64,000 nt of DNA from Dicyema japonicum (lineage: Eukaryota; Animalia; Dicyemida). The stretch is taken from positions 1,120,676-1,184,675 of the forward strand of contig RDEW01000002.1 of NCBI GenBank assembly GCA_011109175.1. The letters run 5' to 3'. The notes under the pieces are model-generated. The model did not search any database. It saw nothing but the letters and a program-made list of their open reading frames with translations, and had not been told where the DNA came from. The translations under genes and the position numbers were made by a program. This document shows, one piece after another, positions 25,746-38,777 of this stretch; within the stretch, counting starts at the first letter, position 1; every line of letters starts with the position of its first letter.

Positions 25746-26418
25746 ATTAATTAGAACTAATCAAAGCCATCAGTTCTTGGGCTTCAGAATACAAACTTTT
25801 GACCGATGTGCATATAACCTGTACAAGTCTTAACCAGTTTCCCTGGTCGGTTCGACCCCACATTTAATTGCGAACAAACAACAACACCAATCACTATTCT
25901 ACAAGGTCAAGAAAGATTTTAAACGGATATTAATTTTTGTAAATCTTAGCATCTCACTAATCACTACAACACTTAATTCGATTTATATTCCTTATATACA
26001 GTATGATCACTGTTTGGGGGGACCAATTTTAAAATAAGTTCCCTAAATGCTTGGGCACTCCAAAAACCGAAGGTAAATAAAGACTTTTTGGTGAGGCTTT
26101 TAAGAGATTTTTTGGGAACCAAAGACTCAAAGTTTATTTCCTCTTCACGGTTCATGTTGCCTTCTCAGACTGATTCAAATGCCTTCTCTATATCGATTAA
26201 GTCAAAAACGGTTTTTTCGTGTTGATTAGGTATATTAAGGGATCGAAAAAGAATTGAACTAGTCTGGTCAAATATCTTACCCCGAAGGCACGTCGTTAAG
26301 GTAGTTCGAATAAAATAACAGGGAATTTTATTTTATTAAAATAAATTTAATTTTTTTCTAACTGTGTGCGTTATTTTAATTTTTGATATATCATAAAATT
26401 ATAATTATTTAAATTTAG

Positions 26419-27937
26419 ATGAGCTTTGTTACCCTATTATTGTTCTACGTGCCTTTAATATTGATTGAATATGACCCAAATAAACCATTAATTCTCACTG
26501 ATTACATAAATAAAGGAGAAATTGAAATAGGGAGAGAACTCAGTGTGGTTGAACCATTTATTGGGGACAACGGAGGATACTCTGGATATTTCAGAGTAAG
26601 CGATGAATGTGAGAGAAATATGTTTTTCTGGTTTTTCAAAGCTGAGGTACGGAATCGATTATATTTAAGAATAAAAATGAGTCGGCACCTCTTCTGGTTT
26701 GGCTTCAGGGAGGTCCTGGGGCCTCGTCTCTCTACGGATTATTTGAAGAACATGGACCTTATTTTGTAGACTCAAGCAACCAAGGTACAAATAATATATA
26801 TGAAGTAAATAAACGGGAAATAGCGTGGACTAACAAATATAATGTTATTTACATTGATAATCCAGTCAAATTCATTTCATATTTGTAGGTCGGCACAGGA
26901 TTCAGTTTTTCAGACAAAAAATGTTATTTAACGAATGAAGGACAAGTCGGATTGTATTTGGCTGAGTAGAATTTTATATTATTTTGATTTATGCGTCAAT
27001 TTCTTCTCCTGTTCCCTGAACTGCGGGAAATGAACTTTATGTTACTGGCGAGTCATATGCCGGTAAATATGTCCCTTCCATGGTATATTCCATTATTCAG
27101 TTGAATAAAATCATGGAAAATCCCATAAATATTGCAGGAATGGCATTGGGGATGGTTTCAGTGATCCAGTCAATGTCAGTGATTGTCAAAGTCTTTAGAT
27201 GTTGGATTATGGAGGAGTCCTGTACTCTTGGGGACTTATTTCTTACAAGGATAAACGTAAATTTGACAGTTTAAAGGATTTGGCAGTCCAATATATTAAC
27301 GAGGATAAATATTATGAAGCCTTCCTTGTTATCATTGTTATCTCATTAGATCTTTGACTTGATGATTGATGGGGACATGACCCCCTATCCCTCCCTATTT
27401 GAAAATTCGACAGGACTGAAGAACTATTTCAATTTATATGCTGATAAAGTATGGAGGATCTCTTAATCTAGGAATCCCCGTTCATATTTTGCTGAGTTCC
27501 TCAAACAGAATTCTAGGAATATACACGTTGGTGATACACCCTTTGGGGATGGTAATGACGTGGAGAAGGCTCTTGTGGATGATATTGCCCAGTCAGTGTC
27601 ACGTGTTGTAGAATATATATTGAATAATAATGTAATAAATATGAATATTTAGATTAAATGTATGTTTTATAGTGGACAATTTGACATTATTGTTCCGTAT
27701 GCTGCCACTACGGAATTCCTGAGTAAGCTTGAATGGAAGGGAAAGGATGAGTTTACTAATTCAGAGAGGAAAATTTGGAGATCTAAAAGTGGTCTCGGAC
27801 GTGTGAATGGATATGTTCAGTCTGGGAGAAATCTGATTCAGGTTCTTGTTAGAAATGCAGGACATATGGTTCCAAGTGATCAACCACTGGCAGCATTGGA
27901 GATGATTGATAATTTTGTTAATGATTGGGGCTTTTAG
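26419..27937 (+). CDS. CPVL: Serine carboxypeptidase, CPVL/vitellogenic-like (peptidase S10), 8 micro-introns
   Basis: MFFWFF, WLQGGPGASS, IYIDNP|VGTGFS, GESYAGKYVP, YSGQFDII, VRNAGHMVPSDQP; catalytic S/D/H present; several 1-nt deletions needed. Confidence 0.9.
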
Positions 27938-28185
27938 AACATTAACTCATTCTTTGGTTTTTAAATTTGTGGTTTTTGTTGAATTAGATTTTCATTTTGT
28001 AAACTTTCAATGAACAATTGACTACAAACTGTCAAAATCTAACAATTTATTAGTTCAATTGTTAATAGCTACAATTTGTACGCTTTGAGGATTGAGAGTT
28101 ACTTTCTCATGATCTCAAGCCCAAGAGCCATCGTGTCTTTCTAGGGTTTTTGATTCCGTGATCTTGCAAGATAAATTCATAAATT

Positions 28186-28551
28186 TATTATTAAAAGTAC
28201 TTTCACAGAACCAAAGAACGTTATATTAACTAAGGTCCCGTTTGTGTCACACGTTTCAAAATCTGCTTCACTAGGCGTCTCCATCGCCCTTTGTTTTGCG
28301 CATCTGTCTGTAGATCTTCTAGGTCTTCAGATTTAAGTTTTCTTCCAATTCCATTAAGATCCTTGTTCAGAGCTACGGGTAGAGTGACTCTAGGTCTTCT
28401 GAACGATGGTTTGTTCTCATTGTTAAAGTAATTGTTCATTATTATATTTGCGTTTATATCCATTCTAAACACGAATGAATTATTATGTCTATTTCACACA
28501 TGACGAATTATCTCTTCACAATGGCGTCATTCAACGTCCGAGGATTGAAAG
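28186..28551 (-). mobile_element. RTE insertion: 3' end plus inverted 5' piece, 12-bp TSD
   Basis: Minus 28230-28472 RRPRVTLP...WRRLV with TAA tail; plus 28485-28551 FTMASFNVRGL; TSD AATTCATAAATT at 28174-28185 and 28552-28563. Confidence 0.85.
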
Positions 28552-29455
28552 AATTCATAAATTATTGGGCCGAATTTTCCGGAGATCTCTACAAAGATCG
28601 GCTGAAAGAAGAATTTGTTAATGTATGGTATTTTTTTTTTTGTTTCTTCAACTACACTAATTGCAAGGTGTCGAGGATTTCGAAATTTTCCATTTGAGAA
28701 AGTATTTTATGTGGAGTCCCACACAAGAAACCTCTTTTATTCCATGGCAGTTAAGACATCTGTCCTTTTGGCATCTCTTCTGTTGAGGATCACAGGTTTG
28801 AGTATTCAATTGAAAGCAATAATCTCTTTTGATAAGTACATTCATTCAGTAGTCTTTGGGGTCTTCACGCTTTGTTTTAATCGATAATGGACAAAAGTCT
28901 TTTTCATCACTGTCTCTTCCGTCATCCTAAAAGATATCTAGACATGACAAATTAGACAATGATTTTGTTAGATTATCAATTGAGTGAACTGACATAAAGT
29001 CATGAATCAGAATTCTTTGCAAAAGTGGATTAAGAAAAGAATGTTTGATGACTTTAATTTTTTTATTATTGTTTTCAAATTGGGTTTTGTCCCAATTCAT
29101 TAGTAAATTGTTACCTAACATCTAACCTGTTTGTCGATCATGTAGCTAATAATACAATGCACAAAGTCAAGATATAATCTGAGGAAGTCACAGTGGATCA
29201 CATGTCACCATTCAAGTAGAACAAGAGAACATAAGGAACAGATGAAATGAAACCGAATAGTCGTATGGAGAGTCAAACCAATATGTCCTAACTGCTAAGC
29301 TACCTGATAGTTAGGGAACTAATGATCATATTATCCCAGTGGTTTCTTCAGTTGATGCCTTTCCTGTCGTAAAAGACTAATTATGTCGGATAAATAGTTA
29401 GAATAATTCCTAACATAATTTATTATTAACTAAAACAAAATTAATATTTTCCCTG

Positions 29456-29961
29456 TTAATTCCTAAAATATAATAAAAGTGAAAACCCAAATTTGATTGT
29501 CGTAAAGACATGAAGAGAAATAAATGAAACAATAACAGCAAAGGCGCCAAAAATAATAAAAATATTTTTCTTATACCCACTATAATTGGCATCATATGTT
29601 GTCTTCAAAGCAATAAAGCCAATTCCCCCAAATATAACCATAAAACTGGAAGCCAATCCCTCTATAATATATTGGTGTTGAATTCCATCACGTCTACTGA
29701 ATGTCTCCTACCAATAACAAATAATAATACAATAATCCGTCTCCCATCTCTGTCCTGTCTCACCCCCATTGCTGGAGGACCATTGGAAATGTCGTAAAAT
29801 ATGCCTGCTATTTAATCAAAAATACCAGCAACAATCAGAAAATAAACAACCATTACTACTATAAAAACATGGTAAAATTTAATATCTTCTATGAATTTAA
29901 TCTTTTTCAGTTTCAATGGAGGAACATTCAATATACTAAATAATAATGAATATGGATTCAT
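29456..29961 (-). CDS. OSTC: Oligosaccharyltransferase subunit OSTC/DC2, 3 micro-introns
   Basis: PPLKLKK, YFLIVAGIFYDISNGPP, QYIIEGLASSFMVIFGGIGFI. Confidence 0.9.
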
Positions 29962-31029
29962 TAGACACACAAAATATAGTATACGTTTTTAAATTTTAAT
30001 TTTAGAATATTTATTGTTTATTATACATTTAATAAATAAATCAAATTAAAGGTAGAAGTTCCACGTGATCAGCTATAAGTTCGATTGCCCCAGCGCTACC
30101 TATGTGGTTAAAGGATTTCCTTTCTTTTATGTTCCTTATACGATTTTTGTGATCCATATATCTCAGGAGACGCTCATTTTCAGACGGCATCCAAAAAGGA
30201 TCACTTTTTTACTACACTGTAGGGGTTTTCTAAATGGCCGATATGAATGGATGTGTATTTGTATAGTATGGATTTCCCTCGACCATGGGAACTGGATATA
30301 CACTAATAATCTCTTTCCCGTATATCTGAGGTTATTAAACAAATAAGGATTCCCACTGTTACCCATACTATTCTGCTTATTTCTACATAATATTCCCGGA
30401 TTGATGATCCAAGTACACCTTTGTCCAATAACCCCCGGCAACGGGGCACCCTCTGTTTTGGACATTTTTTAATAAATTCTCTTTCAAAGCATTTTTAAGA
30501 TTCCGATGCTCCTGTGAATGAAAAGTTCTCAGAGAGATATACGTTGAGTGTTCAAAATCTAGTAAAAGACAGTATTCCAAATGAACCAATTGATATTTTA
30601 CGAATTTGGACGATAATACTGCGAACCTCCACGTGAACAGACGCACTCGGTTGTTGAGTATGAATATGCAGTAGACATGAGGGAATGACATTAATAGGGA
30701 GTATAATTCATTAGTAAGTAATGACAACACACTTTATATAACCACAAAAAAGTTACTATTTAACAATTAATTCCTCACCTGTTTGTCCACCAGTCATTCA
30801 GGAAGGTTCTATCATGGTTGCTGGAACAACACCGATAGGGTCTTGTCTAATTGAGCCCTGTGCCAATTTGTGGACTGTGCCTCCTACACTTTAGTGGTGT
30901 CTATGGTTGTGTTTGTAATGTAAATAATAATATTATAATGTTAATAATATTTGTTAGCCAGAATGATATTAATTTTGTGATGTATAATTTGTATAATTAA
31001 CTAATAATATTATAAAATAAATACTGATA

Positions 31030-34000
31030 TATTATTTTTCTCTATAGAACTATTAAGAGAGAATTCATCAACCAATTGCTTAAGGACTTTAATAAAGTGA
31101 TGATATGCCTTCAATAGGTCATCCTGGACTACACTAACTGATTACATTAATATATACATTAATCCAAAGTTTTCCCTATGTTGACAGTCAATTATAGTAA
31201 ACATACTACCAAGTTTATTCTAAATACTATTAAATATTAACCTTGAGGTCATATCCGAATCCATAAGCACGACATAATTTGAAGAATGTGCTGTAGTGTA
31301 CATTAGAGAAACACATGTGCATCAGGTGGTTACTACTGATTGCAAACCTTTGGGAGTTGATCTGATTATTACTATAATATACTTTCTTGGATTCTTGTGC
31401 TACTTCAGTTTCGTATGTAAATGTTTCTGTGTTTAATTTCCCGCTGCTTATGAAATCAAGCATTTTATGCTGTACCAGACAGTCGCTGTACTTCAGGCAA
31501 ATGTCCAACCCCCAAACAACTTGTTCTCCCTTAAAGTGAGAATATTCAAATATACAGTTTCAGAGTCAATAAAAGTTACAAAGTCTACGGATATATAGCC
31601 CATGACATTCTCACTCAAACATCCATCTGCTACTTTCTTGCAAAGTTCTCCAAATGTTCGATCATCTATGGAATGTTGAGGATACGAGTAAATGGGATGA
31701 CTGAATGTACTCTCAATAGCTATTTGGTCAGCAGATGATAGAATCTCCCACCTTCCATTCGGATAAATAACAATATCCACAGTCGTCACCACATAATCTG
31801 TTGAAGGGTATGCCTCAATAATTCCACCTAATTTGGTTATTAAAGCAAACTATTAGCAAAGAACAATTCAAAATAAGCTTCAATATTATCGAAGACATCA
31901 TTATTATTCAATATTGTATTCTTTTTAATAGTCTCCCATATTTCTCCATATATTTTAGTATATGATACTTCCTGCCATTATTAGCCACAATACCCAGGAC
32001 AATTGACTAGAGCGGGAATTTTTGTTGTTTGTTAGTTCATTAATTATATAATTGTAGCATTTCAGGGAGTTTATGTTGAAGACAGCTATTCCTTTGGAAT
32101 CAAAGTAATTCTCCACTTTAAATATCCATTTCTCTATATGAATGTTGGATGCTATGAGTTGACCCATTTTCTCACAAAACTAAGATACAGCAATACTTCC
32201 AACCAAGTCTCTGTTTGTTATTTGAATCGCTGAGGGAGGCGCTTCAATGCCACAATTCACGAAAAAACGCTTTGCTCCGTTCTTGGACGATATTGAGTGG
32301 GCCGTCGACAGATCACTGCTAAAGATAGGGACGTCCAAAATGTCAGCGACTTCCAGGTCGTCCTCATTGATGAATCCTGTCACAATGTAAGAGTTCTCCC
32401 CTTCTATTAGATCTTTGATCTCCCTCAAAGCATTATTACTATATTTTAAAAAGAATGATGTCGTCCATTGACAGTTCTAACAGTCACTCAATAAATACCT
32501 CCAATAATTCACTCTCCGCATTCTCGGGGACGATTACTTTGAATTTCCAGCCTTCCCTGGTATCTGATTTGAACAACTCTTTAATATTAAATAAGTTATC
32601 ATAATATTCACTCATTTCGCACGTGTACCGCACGGGGGACACATAGATTACTCTTATATTAGGATCTCCACCATTAATACGATAATACCCGCAATGTCAC
32701 AAATTCTCGATATTTGCTTACTCTGCCACAAATTAAAGTCAATATAGGATCCTCGGAATTTCTCTGAATACCCGAATGAGGGAATGTGAATGATTATGCG
32801 CTTTCTAGACTTTATTTCACCCCATTTTTCACAGAAACGCTGAAATTACAGTTCACCAACCTCTTTCCTAATATAAAAGTTTTTGAGTGCTCTTTCCCGC
32901 TTGCTTCGGGCCAACTTTTTCGCTTTAAAAGTAACACTCGATGTAAGAAGGATTGAGGCTTTGGTGAACTCAAAGTTTGATTTTCTAGATTTGAGTTCAT
33001 TCTTGTAGTGTTTTCTCCCCAAATATCCTCTCCAATATCTTTGTATGGTTACTACAGCTGCGCTAAATCCATTCTTGCTAATGAACCGTCTCCCCTAAAA
33101 GGTCATTAATCAACAAACTGGCTGATTAATGAGATCGAGAACATCCCCCTTATTTAAGCATAAATCTGCCATTTGGTGGGCTGTAATCGTAATATTGAGT
33201 CGTTGAAGGTTAGAAAATTCAGCTAATCTGCGATAATTATTGACATTTACTTGAATCCATCAATCAAAGCCAAGGGTACCGAGTATTCCTCACAGATGCC
33301 TTGTATTTTTTCCAACAAAACAAATATTCTGACAATAAAATGAAACAAACGTGTCCATGTCATCATTCCTTTTTGTGTATTTGAAATAATACATGTCGCT
33401 GTTGTAATTTGCCACCTTTCCGTCGATAACACGGAAAACGAAGGATTTTCACTTTCCGTCTTTTTCCGTGCATAAATCTCAATCCATTTCTAATTTTATA
33501 CGATTAAACAGACGTCCGTTGAATTATCCTTACTCAACTTGTTCTGCGGTTTTTGACTTTTCAGTGAATTCCTTTTCCGTGATGTCTACTATTACGACGA
33601 CATTACTGATTTTGGTTGATCTTTGATTTGCAGTTTATCAGTGACGCTGAATCTCCCCATTTTATTGTTCCTCCCTAAATAATCAGGATTGATAACCCTT
33701 CTTGTGGTCGAACTTCAACGAGATCTACATTTAGGGGTACTCGAACTCTATTTACGAACTGTTGTCTACTTTTCTTACTGTAATCAAGGAACTCTGTGGG
33801 TCCAATCTACAGTTAGCAGATTTCACTACAGGTTGGTTGAATTTATAGTTGTTTGACACCTTACTTTTGGGTTTTGGGGGAATTAATTGCTATCATTACA
33901 ATCAACTTTACTGTTTGTCTGTTTTCAGGTTTGTCATGCATAATTTTAACTTTGTAAAGAGAACTATATTGATTAATCTGCAAACTTGTCAGGTCTGATT

Positions 34001-34292
34001 ATTGGAAGCCATGAACTTTTGTTTTGTTCCTCACATTTGTATGATGGCCGATTAACCTCGAATGGGTATATTTCGATTTGGTTAGTCAAACTACAGATCT
34101 GGTCGTCCACACTTCCCTAATTATAATTAAATGGTGTTTCCTTTATTTTATCATTCAATTCGTTTATTTCGTTTAGAATGCTTATTCTATCAACTTTGTC
34201 ATCTTCTTGGTTCTCTAGTGAAGTTTTGAGTTTTGACAAGTCGTTTTGAATATAATTTTATTTTTAAATTTTACTTTTATTAGTGTACTCAT
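31030..34292 (-). CDS. IQCH: IQ motif-containing protein H, many micro-introns
   Basis: IQ motif IQRYWRGY; IIIHIPSFGY, DPNIRVIYVSP, SYIVTG...DDLEVAD, WIFKVE, GIIEAYP, MGYISVDFVTFID, FFKLCRAYGFGYD; ends approximate. Confidence 0.85.
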
Positions 34293-35049
34293 AATTATAT
34301 GGAAACTCGGTTTATTTAAATATTATTTATTAATATAATAATTAATTTAATTGAATTGGCTCTTGCAAAAATTAGGATGGTGCAGTATAATAATTGCTGG
34401 ATTGTCCATTTCGGTCTAAAGTTTCACGTATCTACGATGCTTCTGGGATTTAAGATTGACGCCTTCATCAGTGATTCATTTGTGTCTACAATCAAACGTG
34501 ACTTCACTGAATATCCCGACAAAATCCTAACAAATGAAGTCCAGTGGTTGAGTGTCCCTGTTGTAAAAAAAACATACCAAGCACATTTCCAGTAGATTTT
34601 TTATAAGGTAAAAATAAGATCTTCATATCAAAGCAAGGTTGATAATGTTCACGTGGGTAGGTCCTTAATTAAAAATACTTAAAAATGTTAAAATGATTTT
34701 TTGTGATCAAATGAGGACAATGTCATAGTCCCCAAGTATAGTTGATGGAAAAATTCAATCTCTAAAAAAGTGCTAAAATGAAAGTTCAAATCAACAAGAT
34801 GAATCACGTGCTGATCTATAACTTAAAATTGTAAAAAATTGCTGATTATATTGTTTTTCTTCACCTTCCAAACCTCTGGATCGAATGAAAATTTTGTAAA
34901 GGAATCATTAATGAATTTGATATGCAAGTTAGAGACCCACGTGAACGAAAATGATTTTCTCAGCGTCTTGGAATTTGCATCGTTCACGACAATGCTTACT
35001 GTTTCATAACAGATGGAGGTTGAGTTATATATGTTGCTAATTCAAGGAA

Positions 35050-35756
35050 TTCAACACCAGTATTTCCGGGATTCACAGTAATTCGCCGTGACAGAATTGG
35101 CAAACTTGGTGGGGGTCTTCTCACAGTTTTTTGGAACGGCATTCCGTTTGAGGACTTAACTAACAGTGTCTACACTATGCTTAAAGGATATGGAAATCTT
35201 GAACTTTTGGTTACCAAAGTACGATTCCCAAGACTATCAATAATACTTGTCAACGCATATCTCCCACCGTTGAGTTCCTGCTCGTCCAGTGCGCCCAGAG
35301 TCACTCCTCTCTCATTACTGAAAGATGTGATTATCTGTGGTTACTTCAATGCGAAGCAACCACTGTGGTTGACAGGACAAACCTATGACAAAAGAGGGAA
35401 GATGATAATTGAGGACTACACAGCCTATGTATACTCAACGATCCTGCATCCCATACAAGAACACCTACTCGACGTAACAATAAGCCTTCTTCTATCGACA
35501 TCTCACTGTCATCACCGTCCTTGGCTCTTCTTATTGACTGGTCAGTAAATATGACACCAGGAGTGACCACAATCCAATATTTTTGGAGGTCAAAACGAGG
35601 TCACGGATAAAAGGACAATGTCCAACGATAACTAATTACAGCCTTGTGAATTGTGAAGATTCAATTGTATTGGATTATTAAATTTCCCACTCCTCCCTCC
35701 GTCGAATAATTAGTGAAATAGTTCAACTCGACCATAAACGCTGCGAAAAAGAACAA
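35050..35756 (+). mobile_element. Decayed APE-LINE interrupted by Tigger; continues at about 39102-39490
   Basis: FPGFTVIRRDR, GGGLLT, NAYLPP, DHNPI; NAAKK before the TIR resumes as YIPMGR after it. Confidence 0.7.
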
Positions 35757-35974
35757 CAGTAAAGTCTCTCGAATCCGCCAATTTTGGGTACCGGCAAAAT
35801 CTGACGGATTCGAGAATTTGGTCGAGAAACTTATTGATTTTTTATCAATTAATAATGTAGATCAAAAAAATTATTTATAAGCAGTAAGTTTTGATTTGTT
35901 TCTTTTTAGAGTTCGGATCATTGAAGATCCAAGCTTTTCAATAGACTTAAGATTTTCGACATTAAAGAATTCTT

Positions 35975-36307
35975 TTTTTAAATGTGAAAAATTTATTAAC
36001 AATAAAATATTATTTATTAACTATAAGGGAGTAAGCGTTTCCGCGGACAACTGCGATACCAATTCGTTGCCTCAGCCAGACCGCTTCTCTGCACGTCTTT
36101 CTTGCGGTGGGCTAATTTCCCCCGATTTCCTTTAAGAAAGAGGCTGTAGTACTTCCAGCCGCACCAGACGTCTCGATTGCTACCGGTACAAAACGGTAGC
36201 GGTCTCCAATTTCGCCATATTTTTTAATCTTGATTTTCTCAGCCAAATCGGCTGTCGATCCAGCAGACTGCGCCGAGTTAAGTATCATCGAGTTCGAAGA
36301 AGAATCC
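35975..36307 (-). mobile_element. CRE-type LINE 3' fragment nested in Tigger
   Basis: AEKIKIKKYGE...FVPVAIETSG...AVVRGNA; near-TSD AGAATTCTT/AGAATTATT; uninterrupted site visible inverted near 42080. Confidence 0.8.
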
Positions 36308-37318
36308 AGAATTATTCTTGCTTATAGAACAATCTATCTTGATCCGAGCATAATATGTAAATAATGTTGCATCCTTTAGGTTTAATTTTTTGTATGCAAA
36401 ATAGGGATTTATCCCATCTTGAATTTTCTGAATAATATTAGAAAATTTAAGAGAACTGAAATTGCATTTGTACGATTTGATAATAGATGCAAAAACGACG
36501 TTGTATTCGCTGGTAGGAATATTATTTCAATTTGGTTTAATTCAATCAAAACCTAATGTATTGCTATGATATTCACCTTATGTGCAAGACACTTAATCTA
36601 CAACAAACAAAATTTTTCTATCATGTTTCCTCAATTCTATTTCCCATTTCAAAAGAAATTGATTAAAAATTTGGCTATCCGTCCATGCTTTTTTTAAATT
36701 ATAACATGTAACATATTTTTTAATATCAAATTTTTTGAAACATCTAGGATTATTAAACATCCCAATTAGTAAAGGTGTTCGTTTATCTGTACCGTCCACA
36801 TTTGTACATAACATGACTGAAACTCTGTCTTTCAATATTTTATACCCTGATTTAAGTTTTTTACAAACACTTTTGGACGGTATCATTTTGTAAGACAAAC
36901 CAGTTTCGTCGACATTATAATCATTTTGAGCTCCGTAGAGATTGATTTTATTTTTGATTATTTCAATAAAATCTGATACCACATTAGGGTCAAAATTTAA
37001 AGTTGGAGATTCTCCATTCATATTTCGTAACTTCAAACCATTCCTCTTTTTAAAATTAACAAGCCACCCCTTGGTTCCTTTGAAACAGTGATCCCTCGTT
37101 TCGATGAAAATGTTTTGGCTTTCTCAGTAATAATTTCATCGTTCAAAATGGCTCCTTTAACATCCATTGAATTAACCCAAGAAATCGTATCATAATTGAT
37201 TTCACTAAACTTTAAATATTCTTTGCGAGAAATATCAGATTGTAAGTTATTTAACATATTTTCAGATCTTCCTTTACTTCTCAAATCATCAATAAATCTA
37301 CGAAAAATAGGTGCATTA

Positions 37319-38777
37319 TGTCACAGGTGCTACGCGTTACATGATTCTCAAATTTACAATTTCAAGTATTTTTTATAAAACTTTACACATGTTTTTCTCA
37401 TTTTTTATAGTTAAAATTAAAAAAATTCTAATTTAAATATTTTTGGAAGGCGCAACAGTTTTTAAATTTTAAATAGCATGATACAGGCGTGTTTTATAAA
37501 GTTAAGCTGATGGTTTGGTGTTTTGTTTAAACAACCCAGGAATAAATTGATATAATGAAAATAATGGAAGAGAAAGTGATCGTCTATCTAATGACAAGAC
37601 AAAAAATACCGATTAACTCAAAAGTCAAAGAATTTTTTATCTATCAATGGGAGGTTATACCTTAAAGACACAAATGGAAATCACAAAATTGTAATCTTCT
37701 TTAATAATTAGTGGCCTCGCAAATTCATCAATTGACCCATTGTGGACACAACACATTGGAACAATATTGCATTGAAATATATTTTTTTGTGAAAAAAAAT
37801 TATTTAAAAAGTGGTGTCAGAATGTGATATTCCATGTAAGAGCATTATGTGACTGCTTCAACGTCTAACAAACTCATAGTAGGCCAAACAATCCAAGGAG
37901 TCAAGAGATTATCGATCGCTTCAATCAGACAATCACAAGATCACTATCTAAGATGATGTCCGAAGATAAGTGTTGGACTAAAAACATAAAGAAAGCAGTT
38001 GGAGTGTAATAATGTATGGACCAAATCGCACATATTGACGGGATCTTCCGTTCGACATCGGAGCGTATCTCCAACTTCCGGCTTGAGGAATACAAACGGA
38101 AGCAGGCCAAACTGGCGGTCAGACTCGGAAAGCTTAAATTAACAGCTCTATAGACATTTCTCTACCTGTATATCTCTCGTCGCTAATAGCCTGTAACACC
38201 CTTGTCAAAAGGATTCTACACTCACTCACTTAATTCTCTCCATACCAGGATGTCGTCCATGCTCATGAGGCTTGGAGCCGTACCTATTAGTTTTCCCAAC
38301 CTTCCATGATCATTACAAAAACGAATATGAAACGCATAAAAAATAATAAAAGATGAATAATTTTTACATTTTAATTTTAAATTAATAAAAAAAACTTTTT
38401 TCCCAATATCTTTCTAGGAAGCGTTTGCAGCTCTGGGAAATACCCAATGAACCTCATTCCAAAATCGGCCAGATTATTCTCGTAGTTTTTTTAGTTTGGA
38501 CTCAACGCTAAAACTCTGTCAGAAGCACTTAGAATTGTTTTTATATATAGTAAAAAAATTTGTCAACAAAATTATTATTATATATATATTTAAAGTAAGC
38601 TCTTATCAATTATAAATGTAACAAATTCTAAATTTTTATAAAATTCTTACAATTAGCACTAGTTTGGTCAAATTATATACCTTTATTTGATAAATTAAAT
38701 CAAAAAAATTTTTTTGATTTTTTTCTAAGTCCACTAGTGCAACGCGTAGCGCTAAGTAATGCGTAGCGCCTGTGACA
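37319..38777 (+). mobile_element. Ginger-like integrase transposon nested in the Tigger transposase
   Basis: TIR TGTCACAGGYGCTACGCRTTAC; 5-bp TSD CATTA at 37314-37318 and 38778-38782; decayed integrase (LYLKDTNG, QTITRSLSK). Confidence 0.85.

Noticed and set aside
26966-26986. Apparent GT-TG intron in CPVL and GT-AT intron at the IQCH start
   Set aside because: A single base correction restores AG or the frame; indistinguishable from error
26960-27490. Frameshifts in conserved genes (CPVL, GOLPH3, FAM184, CCDC47, IQCH) as RNA editing, programmed frameshifting or pseudogenisation
   Set aside because: Mixed 1-nt insertions and deletions, often in homopolymers and differing between duplicate copies; best explained by long-read error. 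Short-read polishing would settle it
30065-30730. Possible Penelope-like remnant
   Set aside because: Only vague similarity; no RT or GIY-YIG motif
38400-38530. Helitron-like non-autonomous fragment (also near 7780)
   Set aside because: Only a short motif resemblance; no termini
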